A stretch of DNA of 64,000 bases from an uncultured Lachnospiraceae bacterium (GCA_964399965.1 CAYNRX010000006.1:2588-66587), one strand, 5' to 3'; counted from the stretch's first letter, positions 51,840 to 61,565 are shown. The notes: generated from the letters alone by a model not told the origin. Made by a program: numbers and translations.

Positions 51840-53723
51840 ATGAAAGTTTTGTTTGCAACCTCAGAGGCGGCGCCGTTTGTTAAAACGGGCGGTCTGGGCG
51901 ATGTTGCCGGTTCGCTTCCGGCCGCACTGCGTGAAAAGGACGTGGACGCCAGGGTAATATTGCCTCTGTACAGGTGCATCCCGCAGCACTTTAAAGAGAA
52001 GATGACATATCTTTTCCACATCTATATCGACATGGCGTGGAGAAAGCAGTATTGCGGCGTATTCCAGATGGAATACAATGGCTGCATATACTATTTCCTT
52101 GATAATGAATTTTACTTCAACGGAGATACTCCGTATAGCTACATCCATCTGGACTGCGAGAAGTTTATATTCTTTTCCAAGGCGCTTTTGTCGGTACTGC
52201 CGTCGCTCAACTTCCGCCCGGACGTTATACACTGCAATGACTGGCAGACAGGTCCGGTGCCGGTATTCCTTGATACGTTCCTTGACAATCCGTTCTACCG
52301 CGGCATAAAAACCGTTATGACGGTACATAACCTTAAGTTCCAGGGAAGATGGGATCTTAAGGGGATAAAGGACGCTATGGGTATAAGCGACTATTATTTC
52401 ACATCCGATAAGCTGGAATACTACCGGGACGCAAACCTTTTAAAGGGCGGCCTTGTATATGCCAACAAAATAACTACGGTAAGCTCCACCTATGCGTGGG
52501 AGATAACCACGCCGGAGTACGGCGAGGGGCTTGACAAGCTGCTTGCCGCCAGGAGAAACGATCTTTCGGGTATTGTAAACGGTATTTCCTACACAGACTG
52601 GAATCCGGAAACAGACGATATGATCTATGCTAAGTATTCTCTTAAAGATGTAAATGAGAAGAAACGCGAGAACAAGATGGCTCTGCAAAGGGATCTCGGT
52701 CTGCCGGAGGATCCGGATACGATGATGATAGGAGTCGTTTCCCGTCTTACCGATCAGAAGGGCTTCGATCTGGTAGCCTACGTTCTGGAACAGCTGTGCC
52801 AGAGCCGCGTTCAGCTCGTGGTACTGGGCACAGGAGATGAAAAGTATGAAAATCTCTTCCGCCACTATGCGTGGAAATATCCCGATAAGGTATCGGCGCA
52901 GATATACTTCTCAAACGAGATGTCGCATAAGATCTATGCCGCCTCGGATGCGTTCCTGATGCCTTCGAGATTCGAACCGTGCGGACTTTCACAGCTTATC
53001 AGCTTCCGCTACGGAACAGTGCCGATCGTAAGAGAGACCGGAGGTCTGAAGGATACGGTATGGTCGTATAACGAATTTACCGGCGAGGGCACGGGATTTT
53101 CATTCAAAAATTACAATGCCGGCGAGATGCTCAACATAATCTGGTACGCTATGCAGGTGTTCTACGATAAAAAAGACGCCTGGAACGGTCTGATAAAGAC
53201 CGGAATGGAATCAGATTTCTCGTGGAATATATCGGCCAATAAGTACATTGAATTGTACAAGGAAATGACCGGTATCTACGAATGGGCTCCGCTGGAGAAA
53301 AAAAAACCTCTGACGGCTGAAAACGGGGCTTCCGCACAGGAAGAACCGGCAAATGAGCCGGAGGAAGATCCGTCCTTTGAGGAAACGATCGCAGCAGCTG
53401 CCGAAAAATCAACGCAGGCGATAGTCGAGGAAGTAAAGGAAAAAGAGGCCAGGAAGGCGGAGACGGCCGCTATTCGTTCCGGTAAGAGCGCCGAAGCGGA
53501 GGAAAAGCCCAAAAAGACCCGCACGACTGCCAAAAAGACTTCCACAGCTAAGAAGACAGCTGCCAAGACACAGACGACAGCCAAGACAAAAGCCGTTTCG
53601 GAAGAAAAAACATCTGAAAAAACGGCCAAAGAGCCGGCCGCAAAACCGGCTGCCAAAAAGCCGGGTCGGCCGAAAAAGAGTGCTTCGGCCGCCGAAAAAG
53701 AGGCGGATAAAGCCGAAAAATAA
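51840..53723 (+). CDS. glgA: Glycogen synthase with a low-complexity C-terminal extension of about 150 aa
   Basis: MKVLFATSEAAPFVKTGGLGDV and the GT5 core. The core ends near ...YIELYKEMTG and is followed by an acidic and then a K/A/T-rich tail. Confidence 0.92.
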   Translation: MKVLFATSEAAPFVKTGGLGDVAGSLPAALREKDVDARVILPLYRCIPQHFKEKMTYLFHIYIDMAWRKQYCGVFQMEYNGCIYYFLDNEFYFNGDTPYSYIHLDCEKFIFFSKALLSVLPSLNFRPDVIHCNDWQTGPVPVFLDTFLDNPFYRGIKTVMTVHNLKFQGRWDLKGIKDAMGISDYYFTSDKLEYYRDANLLKGGLVYANKITTVSSTYAWEITTPEYGEGLDKLLAARRNDLSGIVNGISYTDWNPETDDMIYAKYSLKDVNEKKRENKMALQRDLGLPEDPDTMMIGVVSRLTDQKGFDLVAYVLEQLCQSRVQLVVLGTGDEKYENLFRHYAWKYPDKVSAQIYFSNEMSHKIYAASDAFLMPSRFEPCGLSQLISFRYGTVPIVRETGGLKDTVWSYNEFTGEGTGFSFKNYNAGEMLNIIWYAMQVFYDKKDAWNGLIKTGMESDFSWNISANKYIELYKEMTGIYEWAPLEKKKPLTAENGASAQEEPANEPEEDPSFEETIAAAAEKSTQAIVEEVKEKEARKAETAAIRSGKSAEAEEKPKKTRTTAKKTSTAKKTAAKTQTTAKTKAVSEEKTSEKTAKEPAAKPAAKKPGRPKKSASAAEKEADKAEK

Positions 53724-53762
53724 GCTTCGGCCAAATTTTATTTAAAGAAGGGAATGGATATA

Positions 53763-56249
53763 ATGCCGGAAATCACTAAAACGGTTTCAGCAGCAAAGAA
53801 GCTTACTCCGAAGGAGGAGGCTTTAAGGAAGGAGATCATCGGAAAGGTCAACAGACATTTCGGTAAGGTCATGGAGGAGGCTACTCCGCATATGATCTAT
53901 ACCGCCTGTGCTCTGACAGCCAGAGACAGGATAATGGAAAAATGGGCCGTTTCGCATCAGGAGGTCAAGGAGGAAGGCTCTAAGAAGCTCTATTATCTTT
54001 CGTTTGAGTTCCTAATGGGACGTCTGCTTACGACCAATATCCTGAATCTTATGCAGACAGAGGAGTATGTACACGTATTGGAATCGCTCGGCTACAGCCT
54101 TAACGAGGTAGCGGAGCTGGAGAACGATGCGGGACTGGGTAACGGCGGTCTGGGCAGACTTGCCGCCTGCTTTATCGATTCGCTGACAACGATGGATCTG
54201 CCGGCTTACGGCGGCACTATCCGTTATGAGTACGGTCTGTTCAAGCAAAAAATAGTTGACGGCTATCAGATAGAGCTGCCCGATCCTTGGCTGGAAAACG
54301 GAAATGAGTGGGAGATCGCGCGTCCGGAGGAAACAGTAGAGGTAAAATTTGGCGGACAGGTCTATACCGACTGGCATGAGGGAAGATTCAGCTTCCGTTA
54401 TGAGAACTCGCATACTATCCTGGCTATGCCTTACGATGTTCCGCTGTGCGGATATGATTCTAAGATCGTAAACAAGCTCAGACTGTGGAGTGCGAAGTCT
54501 CCCAACCGTATGAACATGAAGGAATTCAACAGCGGTAACTATGTCAGAGCGGTCGAGGAGAGAGAGCTTGCAGAGGTAATTTCCGGCGTTCTTTATCCCG
54601 AAGACAATCATACAGAAGGTAAGGAGCTGCGTTTGAAGCAGCAGTATTTCCTGGTATCGGCAACATTGCAGTGGATTTTGAAGGACTTCAAGCACAGATA
54701 CGGCAATAAGCTGAACCTGCTGCCGGATAAGATAGTTATCCACATAAATGATACCCATCCGACGCTTGCTATCCCGGAGATGATGCGCCTGCTCATGGAC
54801 GAGGAAGGCATGGGCTGGGATGATGCCTGGGAGATAGTGACCAAGATCTTCGCCTATACAAACCACACGGTAATGGCCGAGGCGCTGGAGAAGTGGCCGG
54901 TTGATATGTTCAACCGCGTGCTGCCGAGAATATACATGATCGTGCAGGAGATAAACAGACGCCTTATGGAAAGGCTGAACATAGTATATCCCAACGATCC
55001 CAAAAAACACGAATATATGGCAGTTATTGCTAACGGCCAGGTGTTCATGGCCAATCTTTGCCTTGCCAGCTGCTTTGCGGTAAACGGTGTTGCCAAGCTG
55101 CACACAGAGATACTCAAAAGAGATATCTTCGCTGACTACTACCGTCTTGATCCTTCAAGATTCCACGCTATAACCAACGGTATAACGTTCCGCCGCTGGA
55201 TATGCAATTGTAATCCTGAGCTTGCCGACCTTATCTCCTCGAAGATAGGTATCGATTGGATCAAAGATTACGATCAGTTGGCCGGTATCCGCAAATATGC
55301 CAAAGATAAGGAATTTCAGAAGAAGTTCGATGAGATAAAGCGGAACAATAAGGTTCGTCTTGCCGCATATATAAAAGAACACAACCATATAGACGTTAAT
55401 CCGGATTCGATATTTGATGTACAGTGTAAGCGACTGCATGAGTATAAGCGTCAGCTGATGAATATCCTTCATGTTATGGCTGAGTACAATAAGCTTGTAT
55501 CCGACCGGAAGTATTTTGAGGAATATTATCCCAAGACATATATATTTGCCGCTAAGGCTGCCCCGGGCTATGCAAGAGCGAAGCTCATCATCAAGCTGAT
55601 AAATACAGTGGCAGACAAAGTGAACAATGATCCGCGTGTAGCCGGAAAATTGCAGGTAGTGTTCCTGGAAAACTATTCTGTATCGATTGCTGAGAAGCTG
55701 ATAATCGCCGCCGATATCTCCGAGCAGATATCGACTGCCGGAAAAGAGGCCTCCGGTACCGGTAACATGAAATTCATGCTCAACGGCGCTGTTACAATAG
55801 GTACGCTTGACGGTGCCAATGTGGAGATGCTTGAGCAGGTAGGCGAGGATAATATCTATATCTTCGGTCTTAAGGAAGAGGAAGTAGCCGCAAGAGTGCA
55901 GTATCCGGGTACCGACGAGGTAAAGGATATATATGCGGAGAACGGTTCCTTGAGACAGGTGCTTGATCAGCTGATAGATGGATCGCTGATAGAAGGGAAT
56001 CACCAAATGTTCCGCGATCTGTATCAGACGCTGCTGTTCGGCGATTACGGTCATCCGGATACTTATATGGTGCTGCGTGATTTCGAGGATTACACAAGCA
56101 CGCAGGAGAGAATATCTAAGGATTACCAGAACAGGGAAAAGTGGCTGGAGATGGCGATAATGAATACCGCGTCAGCAGGATTTTTCTCCAGTGACAGAAC
56201 TATCGGCGAATACAATGATAAGATCTGGCATTTAGAACCGATCAAATAA
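53763..56249 (+). CDS. glgP: Glycogen/maltodextrin phosphorylase
   Basis: The EASGTGNMKFMLNGA pyridoxal-phosphate site, about 828 aa. Confidence 0.93.
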   Translation: MPEITKTVSAAKKLTPKEEALRKEIIGKVNRHFGKVMEEATPHMIYTACALTARDRIMEKWAVSHQEVKEEGSKKLYYLSFEFLMGRLLTTNILNLMQTEEYVHVLESLGYSLNEVAELENDAGLGNGGLGRLAACFIDSLTTMDLPAYGGTIRYEYGLFKQKIVDGYQIELPDPWLENGNEWEIARPEETVEVKFGGQVYTDWHEGRFSFRYENSHTILAMPYDVPLCGYDSKIVNKLRLWSAKSPNRMNMKEFNSGNYVRAVEERELAEVISGVLYPEDNHTEGKELRLKQQYFLVSATLQWILKDFKHRYGNKLNLLPDKIVIHINDTHPTLAIPEMMRLLMDEEGMGWDDAWEIVTKIFAYTNHTVMAEALEKWPVDMFNRVLPRIYMIVQEINRRLMERLNIVYPNDPKKHEYMAVIANGQVFMANLCLASCFAVNGVAKLHTEILKRDIFADYYRLDPSRFHAITNGITFRRWICNCNPELADLISSKIGIDWIKDYDQLAGIRKYAKDKEFQKKFDEIKRNNKVRLAAYIKEHNHIDVNPDSIFDVQCKRLHEYKRQLMNILHVMAEYNKLVSDRKYFEEYYPKTYIFAAKAAPGYARAKLIIKLINTVADKVNNDPRVAGKLQVVFLENYSVSIAEKLIIAADISEQISTAGKEASGTGNMKFMLNGAVTIGTLDGANVEMLEQVGEDNIYIFGLKEEEVAARVQYPGTDEVKDIYAENGSLRQVLDQLIDGSLIEGNHQMFRDLYQTLLFGDYGHPDTYMVLRDFEDYTSTQERISKDYQNREKWLEMAIMNTASAGFFSSDRTIGEYNDKIWHLEPIK

Positions 56250-56325
56250 GTAAAAATTATCCATCGGAACGTCTGCCGGTGCGGCAGACGTTCCCTTTTT
56301 CAATTTAGACGGGGGAATGCAGAAT

Positions 56326-58314
56326 ATGATGACAACGATAGATTTGGAGCACAATTCCAGGGAGCGGTTCTACCGTAAACCATTCGGCGCCGTCACCTGC
56401 GGCACGTCGATACGGCTGCGTCTGGCGGTAAGCGGCTTCGGCATACCGGCGGCGGTGCGGCTGGTATATACCGTAGACGGTAAAGAACCGGTAAAGAAGA
56501 ATATGCCTTATCTATTCACATTGGGAAGAAATAATGTTTATAATATACGTATTTCGGTGCCGGAGGAGCCGTGTCTGATATGGTATTACTTTGAGGTGGT
56601 TACCGATGCGGGCGTTGTATACTACGGCAACAACCGTAAAAATTGGGGCGGAGTCGGGGAAATGAGCTTCCATATGCCCGATCACGCTTTTCAGATAACG
56701 GTCTATAAAGAGGGCTACAAGACCCCGGAATGGTTCCAGCAGAGCGTTGTATATCAGATATTCCCCGACCGTTTTTATAACGGCAATGAAGACGGCTCGT
56801 TTTTAGGCGATAGGGAGGATATAATAAAACGACAATGGGGCGAGATGCCGTATTACAAGGCGGAGCAGTTCGGCGGAGAGTATCTGTCCAACGATTTCTT
56901 TGGCGGCAATCTCAAGGGGATAATGAAAAAGCTGCCCTACTTAAAAGATCTGGGTATCTCCGTTATATACCTAAACCCGATTTTCCGCGCCTATTCCAAC
57001 CACCGTTACGATACCGGCAGTTATGAGGAAATAGACCCCATGCTTGGTACCGAGGAGGATTTTAAAAGGCTGTGCAGCACGGCCGAGGAAATGGGGATAC
57101 GCGTGATCCTTGACGGCGTGTTCAATCATACCGGAAGCGATAGTATGTATTTCAACAAAAAGGGCACCTATGATTCCGTGGGTGCTTATCAATCGAAGGA
57201 TTCGCCCTATTACAGCTGGTATCGCTTTTTTGAGTATCCCGAAAAGTATGAATCCTGGTGGGGTATGACGACGCTGCCGCAGGTGGAGGAGAAGGATGAG
57301 GAATACCGGGATTATATTCTCCACCGCCATGACGCTATCGTAAAGAGATGGCTGCGGGCCGGGGCTTCCGGCTGGCGACTGGATGTTGTCGATGAGCTGC
57401 CGGACTTTTTCGTCAAAGAGCTTAGGGGCGAGGTAAAGCAGGAAAAGGAAGATGCAGTAATAATCGGTGAGGTCTGGGAGGACGCGTCCAATAAGATGGC
57501 CCACGGTGAGCGCAGGCAGTATTTCATGGGCGATGAGCTTGATTCGGTTATGAATTATCCTATGAGGACGGCGATAGTAAGCGCAGTGTTGGGACATATC
57601 GATGCCAAGGAATTGAGCGAGACGCTGTATTCGCTGAAAGAAAATTATCCGCGTCCGGCATATTATTCGCTTCTGAATATGATATCGAGCCACGATGTGG
57701 AGAGGATATTGACGCTAATGGGCGATGTGCCGGAGCGTCACAGTGTCGACAAGGATTTCCAGGCTGCATTCCACCTGGACGGTTATGCGCTGCAGGTGGC
57801 GCGGGAGCGCGCTTGTCTGGCGATGGGGCTGCAAATGACGCTGCCGGGCGTGCCCTGCATATATTACGGGGATGAGATCGGTATGCAGGGGTATGGCGAT
57901 CCTTTCAGCCGCCAGACCTTCGATTGGGAGAATCGCGACGAGTATATATTCACGCTTTATAAGCGGATGATAAAACTGAGAAATTCTTCGCCGGCCTTTA
58001 CGAAGGGCGAATTTGAGAGCGTGTACACGATAGGCAGGGTCTACGGATTTGTCAGATACTATATCGATGAGGAAGAAGATATCTGTGAAAAATACGTGAT
58101 GGTGGCCAATATCGGCACCAATGCAGAACGGATACGGCTTGACGTAGCCAAATTCGGTATTTATCGTATGCGCGAAGTGAGTACGCTTGAGGATGTTGTC
58201 GTTGACAGTGAGGATGGCATATACTTTATCGATGTGCCGCAGCGGTTCATAAAAATATTCCGTGCCGAGATCAGGACGCCCGAAGAGGAGACGGTGGAGG
58301 ACGAAACTGAATAA
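56326..58314 (+). CDS. GH13 alpha-glycosidase (neopullulanase/cyclomaltodextrinase-like)
   Basis: GH13 regions VILDGVFNHTG, GWRLDVVDEL, IIGEVWED and SHDVER. The start is ambiguous (56317, 56326 or 56329). Confidence 0.8.
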   Translation: MMTTIDLEHNSRERFYRKPFGAVTCGTSIRLRLAVSGFGIPAAVRLVYTVDGKEPVKKNMPYLFTLGRNNVYNIRISVPEEPCLIWYYFEVVTDAGVVYYGNNRKNWGGVGEMSFHMPDHAFQITVYKEGYKTPEWFQQSVVYQIFPDRFYNGNEDGSFLGDREDIIKRQWGEMPYYKAEQFGGEYLSNDFFGGNLKGIMKKLPYLKDLGISVIYLNPIFRAYSNHRYDTGSYEEIDPMLGTEEDFKRLCSTAEEMGIRVILDGVFNHTGSDSMYFNKKGTYDSVGAYQSKDSPYYSWYRFFEYPEKYESWWGMTTLPQVEEKDEEYRDYILHRHDAIVKRWLRAGASGWRLDVVDELPDFFVKELRGEVKQEKEDAVIIGEVWEDASNKMAHGERRQYFMGDELDSVMNYPMRTAIVSAVLGHIDAKELSETLYSLKENYPRPAYYSLLNMISSHDVERILTLMGDVPERHSVDKDFQAAFHLDGYALQVARERACLAMGLQMTLPGVPCIYYGDEIGMQGYGDPFSRQTFDWENRDEYIFTLYKRMIKLRNSSPAFTKGEFESVYTIGRVYGFVRYYIDEEEDICEKYVMVANIGTNAERIRLDVAKFGIYRMREVSTLEDVVVDSEDGIYFIDVPQRFIKIFRAEIRTPEEETVEDETE

Positions 58315-58348
58315 AGCGTTAATTTTTCGTTAAGTTTGGGAAAAACAG

Positions 58349-58377
58349 TTGCAATTTTTCTGTGCATATGATATAAT
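58349..58377 (+). promoter_or_regulatory. SigA-type promoter of the RpiB-like gene
   Basis: TTGCAA, a 17-nt spacer, then TATAAT with a TGn extension. Confidence 0.55.
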
Positions 58378-58413
58378 GACAGTGTAAAATCTATAGAAAG
58401 AAGGATGCCATAC

Positions 58414-59049
58414 ATGAAGATAGCATTGATAAACGAAAACAGCCAGGCTGCTAAGAACAGCATCATTTTTGACACTCTGAAAAAGGTTGCAGAACCTCTC
58501 GGACAAGAGGTGTTTAACTACGGAATGTACACAGCTGAGGACGAGGCTCAGCTTACATACGTACAGATAGGTATACTGGCCGCTATATTGTTAAATTCCG
58601 GCGCCGCCGATCTGGTTATCACCGGCTGCGGAACAGGCGAGGGAGCCTGCCTTGCGTGCAACGCGTTCCCGGGCGTGCTCTGCGGACACGTTGTAGACCC
58701 GACAGATGCTTACCAGTTCACACAGGTAAACAACGGCAACGCTATAGCTCTTCCGTTTGCTAAGGGCTGGGGCTGGGGCGCAGAGCTTAACCTCCAGTAC
58801 GTATTCGAGAAGCTGTTCGTTGAGGAATGGGGCGGCGGATATCCCAAGGAGAGAGCTGTTCCCGAGCAGAGAAACGCTAAGATATTGAACGAGGTTAAGA
58901 AGGTTACACACAGAGACCTTCTCGATATCCTTCCCAACCTTGACCAGGATCTGGTAAAGGGCGCTGTTGCAGGCGAGAAGTTCAGCGAGCTGTTCTTTGC
59001 AAACTGCAAGTGCGATAAGATCGCAGAATATGTAAAATCCATTCTGTAA
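58414..59049 (+). CDS. RpiB/LacA/LacB-family sugar-phosphate isomerase (long form)
   Basis: MKIALINENSQ... and GCGTGEGACLACN pattern. ATG 58414 is 9 nt after GAAGGA. Confidence 0.6.
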   Translation: MKIALINENSQAAKNSIIFDTLKKVAEPLGQEVFNYGMYTAEDEAQLTYVQIGILAAILLNSGAADLVITGCGTGEGACLACNAFPGVLCGHVVDPTDAYQFTQVNNGNAIALPFAKGWGWGAELNLQYVFEKLFVEEWGGGYPKERAVPEQRNAKILNEVKKVTHRDLLDILPNLDQDLVKGAVAGEKFSELFFANCKCDKIAEYVKSIL

Positions 59050-59060
59050 TTGATTTTGAA

Positions 59061-59101
59061 AGGACGCTGCGCGGTAATTTTCGCGGCAGCGTCCTTTTTT
59101 G
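59061..59101. terminator. Bidirectional terminator between the RpiB-like gene and the sigma-factor gene
   Basis: AGGACGCTGC / GCAGCGTCCT stem followed by T7. Confidence 0.7.
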
Positions 59102-59102
59102 T

Positions 59103-60620
59103 TTATACCGTTACGCCGATGATACCCTTTGTCCCGCTGCATTCCAAACGCCCGGAGAGCGGCATATACAGGCTGCTGAGATACGGCCCGATCATTCCGG
59201 CATAGGCGTATGATGAAGCAAGCGCGCGTATGCGCTGGGGCGCGGTCTTTGCTGCCAGGTCGAAGGCGATTTTGGCCGCGCGGTGAAGGTAACTTTCCAA
59301 TAAATCTCCAAGGCTTCCGAGCTGATTTTCAAATCCCTTAAGCTCCGTTTCGGTGAATACCGGAAAGCAGGGCAGCAGTTTACCTTTTTCAGCTTTAATA
59401 ATGCCCTTTTCAATAAGGGTAATGGCAGCTTTTTGATCCGCCTGTATGCATTCGCCGAGGATCGCCTGATGCAGAATATCCGCTTCGTCCATGCTTAATG
59501 AGGAGATAATGCAAAACTCATCTTCTCCGCAGGCAAAAGTTGAAAAATATGCAATGCGCTCAAGATTATAGTTGACGCCGTTAAATGACACCTTTTCCGG
59601 ATATTCTGTACTTATCCCTAAAAGCACTCCGCGTGCGCCGTGGTTTAAAAGCGGTACGCCGCCCATACGTTTCCAGGCGATTCCCTCAAAAGCGTTGCGC
59701 GCTTTTCTCAAGGCGATGAAAAGTGCATGATAGGAAGAGATAGCTTTGTCCTTGACGGGCGCGCTTTTGTAAAGCTCCTCCATGACGTGTTTCGTCTCCT
59801 CTTCTAAAAATCCGCTGATAGATTCTTTAAGCTCCCTAAGATATTCGTTATCGAAAATAGGGATAGCTGTACAATATTTTCCGCCCCTCTCTGTAATTAA
59901 GCCGTCCTTTTCCAAAAGCTGCAGCTCGTCCTCGATATACGGGGCGGAAATTCCCAGCTCCATCGCCAATTCTGTTTCTGTCCGCGGCTGTTCATAAGCG
60001 GCGATCATGATATTTCCCGGCAGTTTCCGGTGTGCAAAATGTTTGTTCCAATCGTAATCGCTGTATTCAAAAAAACCGGTTAAATAAAACGGCCGTGGCA
60101 GATAGCTCTGTTCTCCGTAGATTCTTTCCATTTCCATTCCCTCCTTGATGGCTTTTCTTGTCATATGCAGGGTATAGCGCACGAGTGATTCTGAAATGCT
60201 CAATTTTTCGGCAATACTGCGGCAGGAGAGTCCCTCCAGATAAAAGGCTGAGGCAACAGAACGCTGCCTTTTTGACAGGAGCCCCAGTTCACGCCGCAAA
60301 AGCATCAGCTCCTCTGTCTTTATAAGGCGGCTGTCAACGCTGCCCACGCACAGCGGTATTACGGAATCCTCAAGCGGATACGTCCTGCGCCTTTTCCGGC
60401 GCAGATACCGCTTGTAAAGATTGTTCGCCACAGCCCACATGAACGCGTAGAATGCGTCCTCGCTATGGATATTCTCCGCCGAGGAGGCGACCTCGCTTAT
60501 AATATCCCCGGCTAAGTCCTCCGCGTCCTGGGCGGATGAGCAGCGGGCATAGGCGAAGCCGTAGAGCGCGTCCATACTGCCCTTGAGCTTTTCAAAAACA
60601 AGCTGCCTGTCCAACCTCAT
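59103..60620 (-). CDS. ECF-like sigma-70 family sigma factor fused to a C-terminal extension of about 320 aa containing a winged-helix-like segment
   Basis: Sigma region 2 (DAEDLAGDIISEV) and region 4 (LSCRSIAEKLSISESLVRYTLHMTRKAIKE), then a long soluble tail. ATG 60620 follows GGGAGG. The track ORF is over-extended into cbiK. Confidence 0.7.
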   Translation of the reverse strand: MRLDRQLVFEKLKGSMDALYGFAYARCSSAQDAEDLAGDIISEVASSAENIHSEDAFYAFMWAVANNLYKRYLRRKRRRTYPLEDSVIPLCVGSVDSRLIKTEELMLLRRELGLLSKRQRSVASAFYLEGLSCRSIAEKLSISESLVRYTLHMTRKAIKEGMEMERIYGEQSYLPRPFYLTGFFEYSDYDWNKHFAHRKLPGNIMIAAYEQPRTETELAMELGISAPYIEDELQLLEKDGLITERGGKYCTAIPIFDNEYLRELKESISGFLEEETKHVMEELYKSAPVKDKAISSYHALFIALRKARNAFEGIAWKRMGGVPLLNHGARGVLLGISTEYPEKVSFNGVNYNLERIAYFSTFACGEDEFCIISSLSMDEADILHQAILGECIQADQKAAITLIEKGIIKAEKGKLLPCFPVFTETELKGFENQLGSLGDLLESYLHRAAKIAFDLAAKTAPQRIRALASSYAYAGMIGPYLSSLYMPLSGRLECSGTKGIIGVTV

Positions 60621-60694
60621 GCACCTCCCTGAAGTTCTGTAAAACGTTTTACATATATATAGTGACAGGTCGGCGGGAATTGTTAGAAAGAAAT

Positions 60695-61471
60695 TTATTC
60701 GCAGGCTCTTGCACGTTTTACAAATATTTTTCGCACCGCAGCCTTTTCCCCCAGCCCCTGCATTACGCATTCGACAGAGAAACCGCATCTTTCCAGAACA
60801 GATTTCCAGGAATCGGGCGCGTCCCCTGCCATATCCTCGGCGGCGTGAACGCCTGCGGTAAGCGTGAGCGGATAAAGGAACACACGGTTTATGTTTGCTG
60901 ATGTAAGCTCTGTACAGATGCTTTCTATACCGTGTTCACCCTCGACGGTGCCGATAAAGCAGTTTTCAAAACCGCAGCATCTTGCTGCCTGCTCAAGTTT
61001 GGAATATAGGCCGTCGGCTTTATGCTCTGTGCCGTGTCCCATGAAAACATAGGCGGTGCTGTCTTCGGGGACAATATCCGCCATGACCGCAGCGGCTAAG
61101 GAGCAAAAATCCGCCTCTTCATAAAGCAGTGCATGGGCACAGCGCAAGCGGCGGAAGCACTGTGAATATTTTTCGGCCGCTTTTATCATTTCATCGTATT
61201 CTATTCCTTCTATTATATATGTCGGCAGCAGCGTTACAGATTGGAATCCGTCTGCTAAAAGTCTCTCCAGTGCGCTGTTCAGATCGTCCGCTTCCATACC
61301 GCGTCCCTTTAATATGCGCGCTATGGTAGGACTGGTAAAGGCTCTGCGGATCTCGCGGCCGGGAAAGCTTTCGGCAAGCTCACATTCCACTGCTTCTATT
61401 GCTTTCATCCCGTCAGGACGGCTAGTGCCGAAGCTGACCGCAAGGATTGCCTTTTTTTCGTTTATGCTCAT
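60695..61471 (-). CDS. cbiK: Sirohydrochlorin cobaltochelatase (CbiK-type)
   Basis: A 258-aa ORF with AILAVSFGTS..., LLPTYIIEGIEYDE and FMGHGTEH motifs. Confidence 0.75.
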   Translation of the reverse strand: MSINEKKAILAVSFGTSRPDGMKAIEAVECELAESFPGREIRRAFTSPTIARILKGRGMEADDLNSALERLLADGFQSVTLLPTYIIEGIEYDEMIKAAEKYSQCFRRLRCAHALLYEEADFCSLAAAVMADIVPEDSTAYVFMGHGTEHKADGLYSKLEQAARCCGFENCFIGTVEGEHGIESICTELTSANINRVFLYPLTLTAGVHAAEDMAGDAPDSWKSVLERCGFSVECVMQGLGEKAAVRKIFVKRARACE

Positions 61472-61499
61472 TATTTTTCACCTCGCATAATAATATATC

Positions 61500-61533
61500 G
61501 CTAGTCAATTGCGAAACCTTTTCACAATTATTT
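61500..61533 (-). mobile_element. MITE-like element, copy D. It is a 34-bp minimal copy made of just the two terminal arms.
   Basis: The minus strand reads AAATAATTGTGAAAAGGTTTCGCAATTGACTAGC. It is flanked by a perfect 10-bp repeat (plus strand ATAATATATC) at 61490-61499 and 61534-61543. Confidence 0.75.
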
Positions 61534-61535
61534 AT

Positions 61536-61565
61536 AATATATCACAATTAAGGGAACGCTGTCAA
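61536..61565 (-). promoter_or_regulatory. Candidate promoter of cbiK, with its -10 inside the duplicated target
   Basis: On the minus strand: TTGACA (61565-61560), an 18-nt spacer, then TATATT (61541-61536). Confidence 0.45.

Noticed and set aside
60621-60788. An upstream extension of the sigma-factor ORF overlaps the 3' end of cbiK.
   Set aside because: The extension has no SD and an implausible Cys/Arg-rich sequence. ATG 60620 follows GGGAGG and yields a normal sigma region 2 N-terminus.
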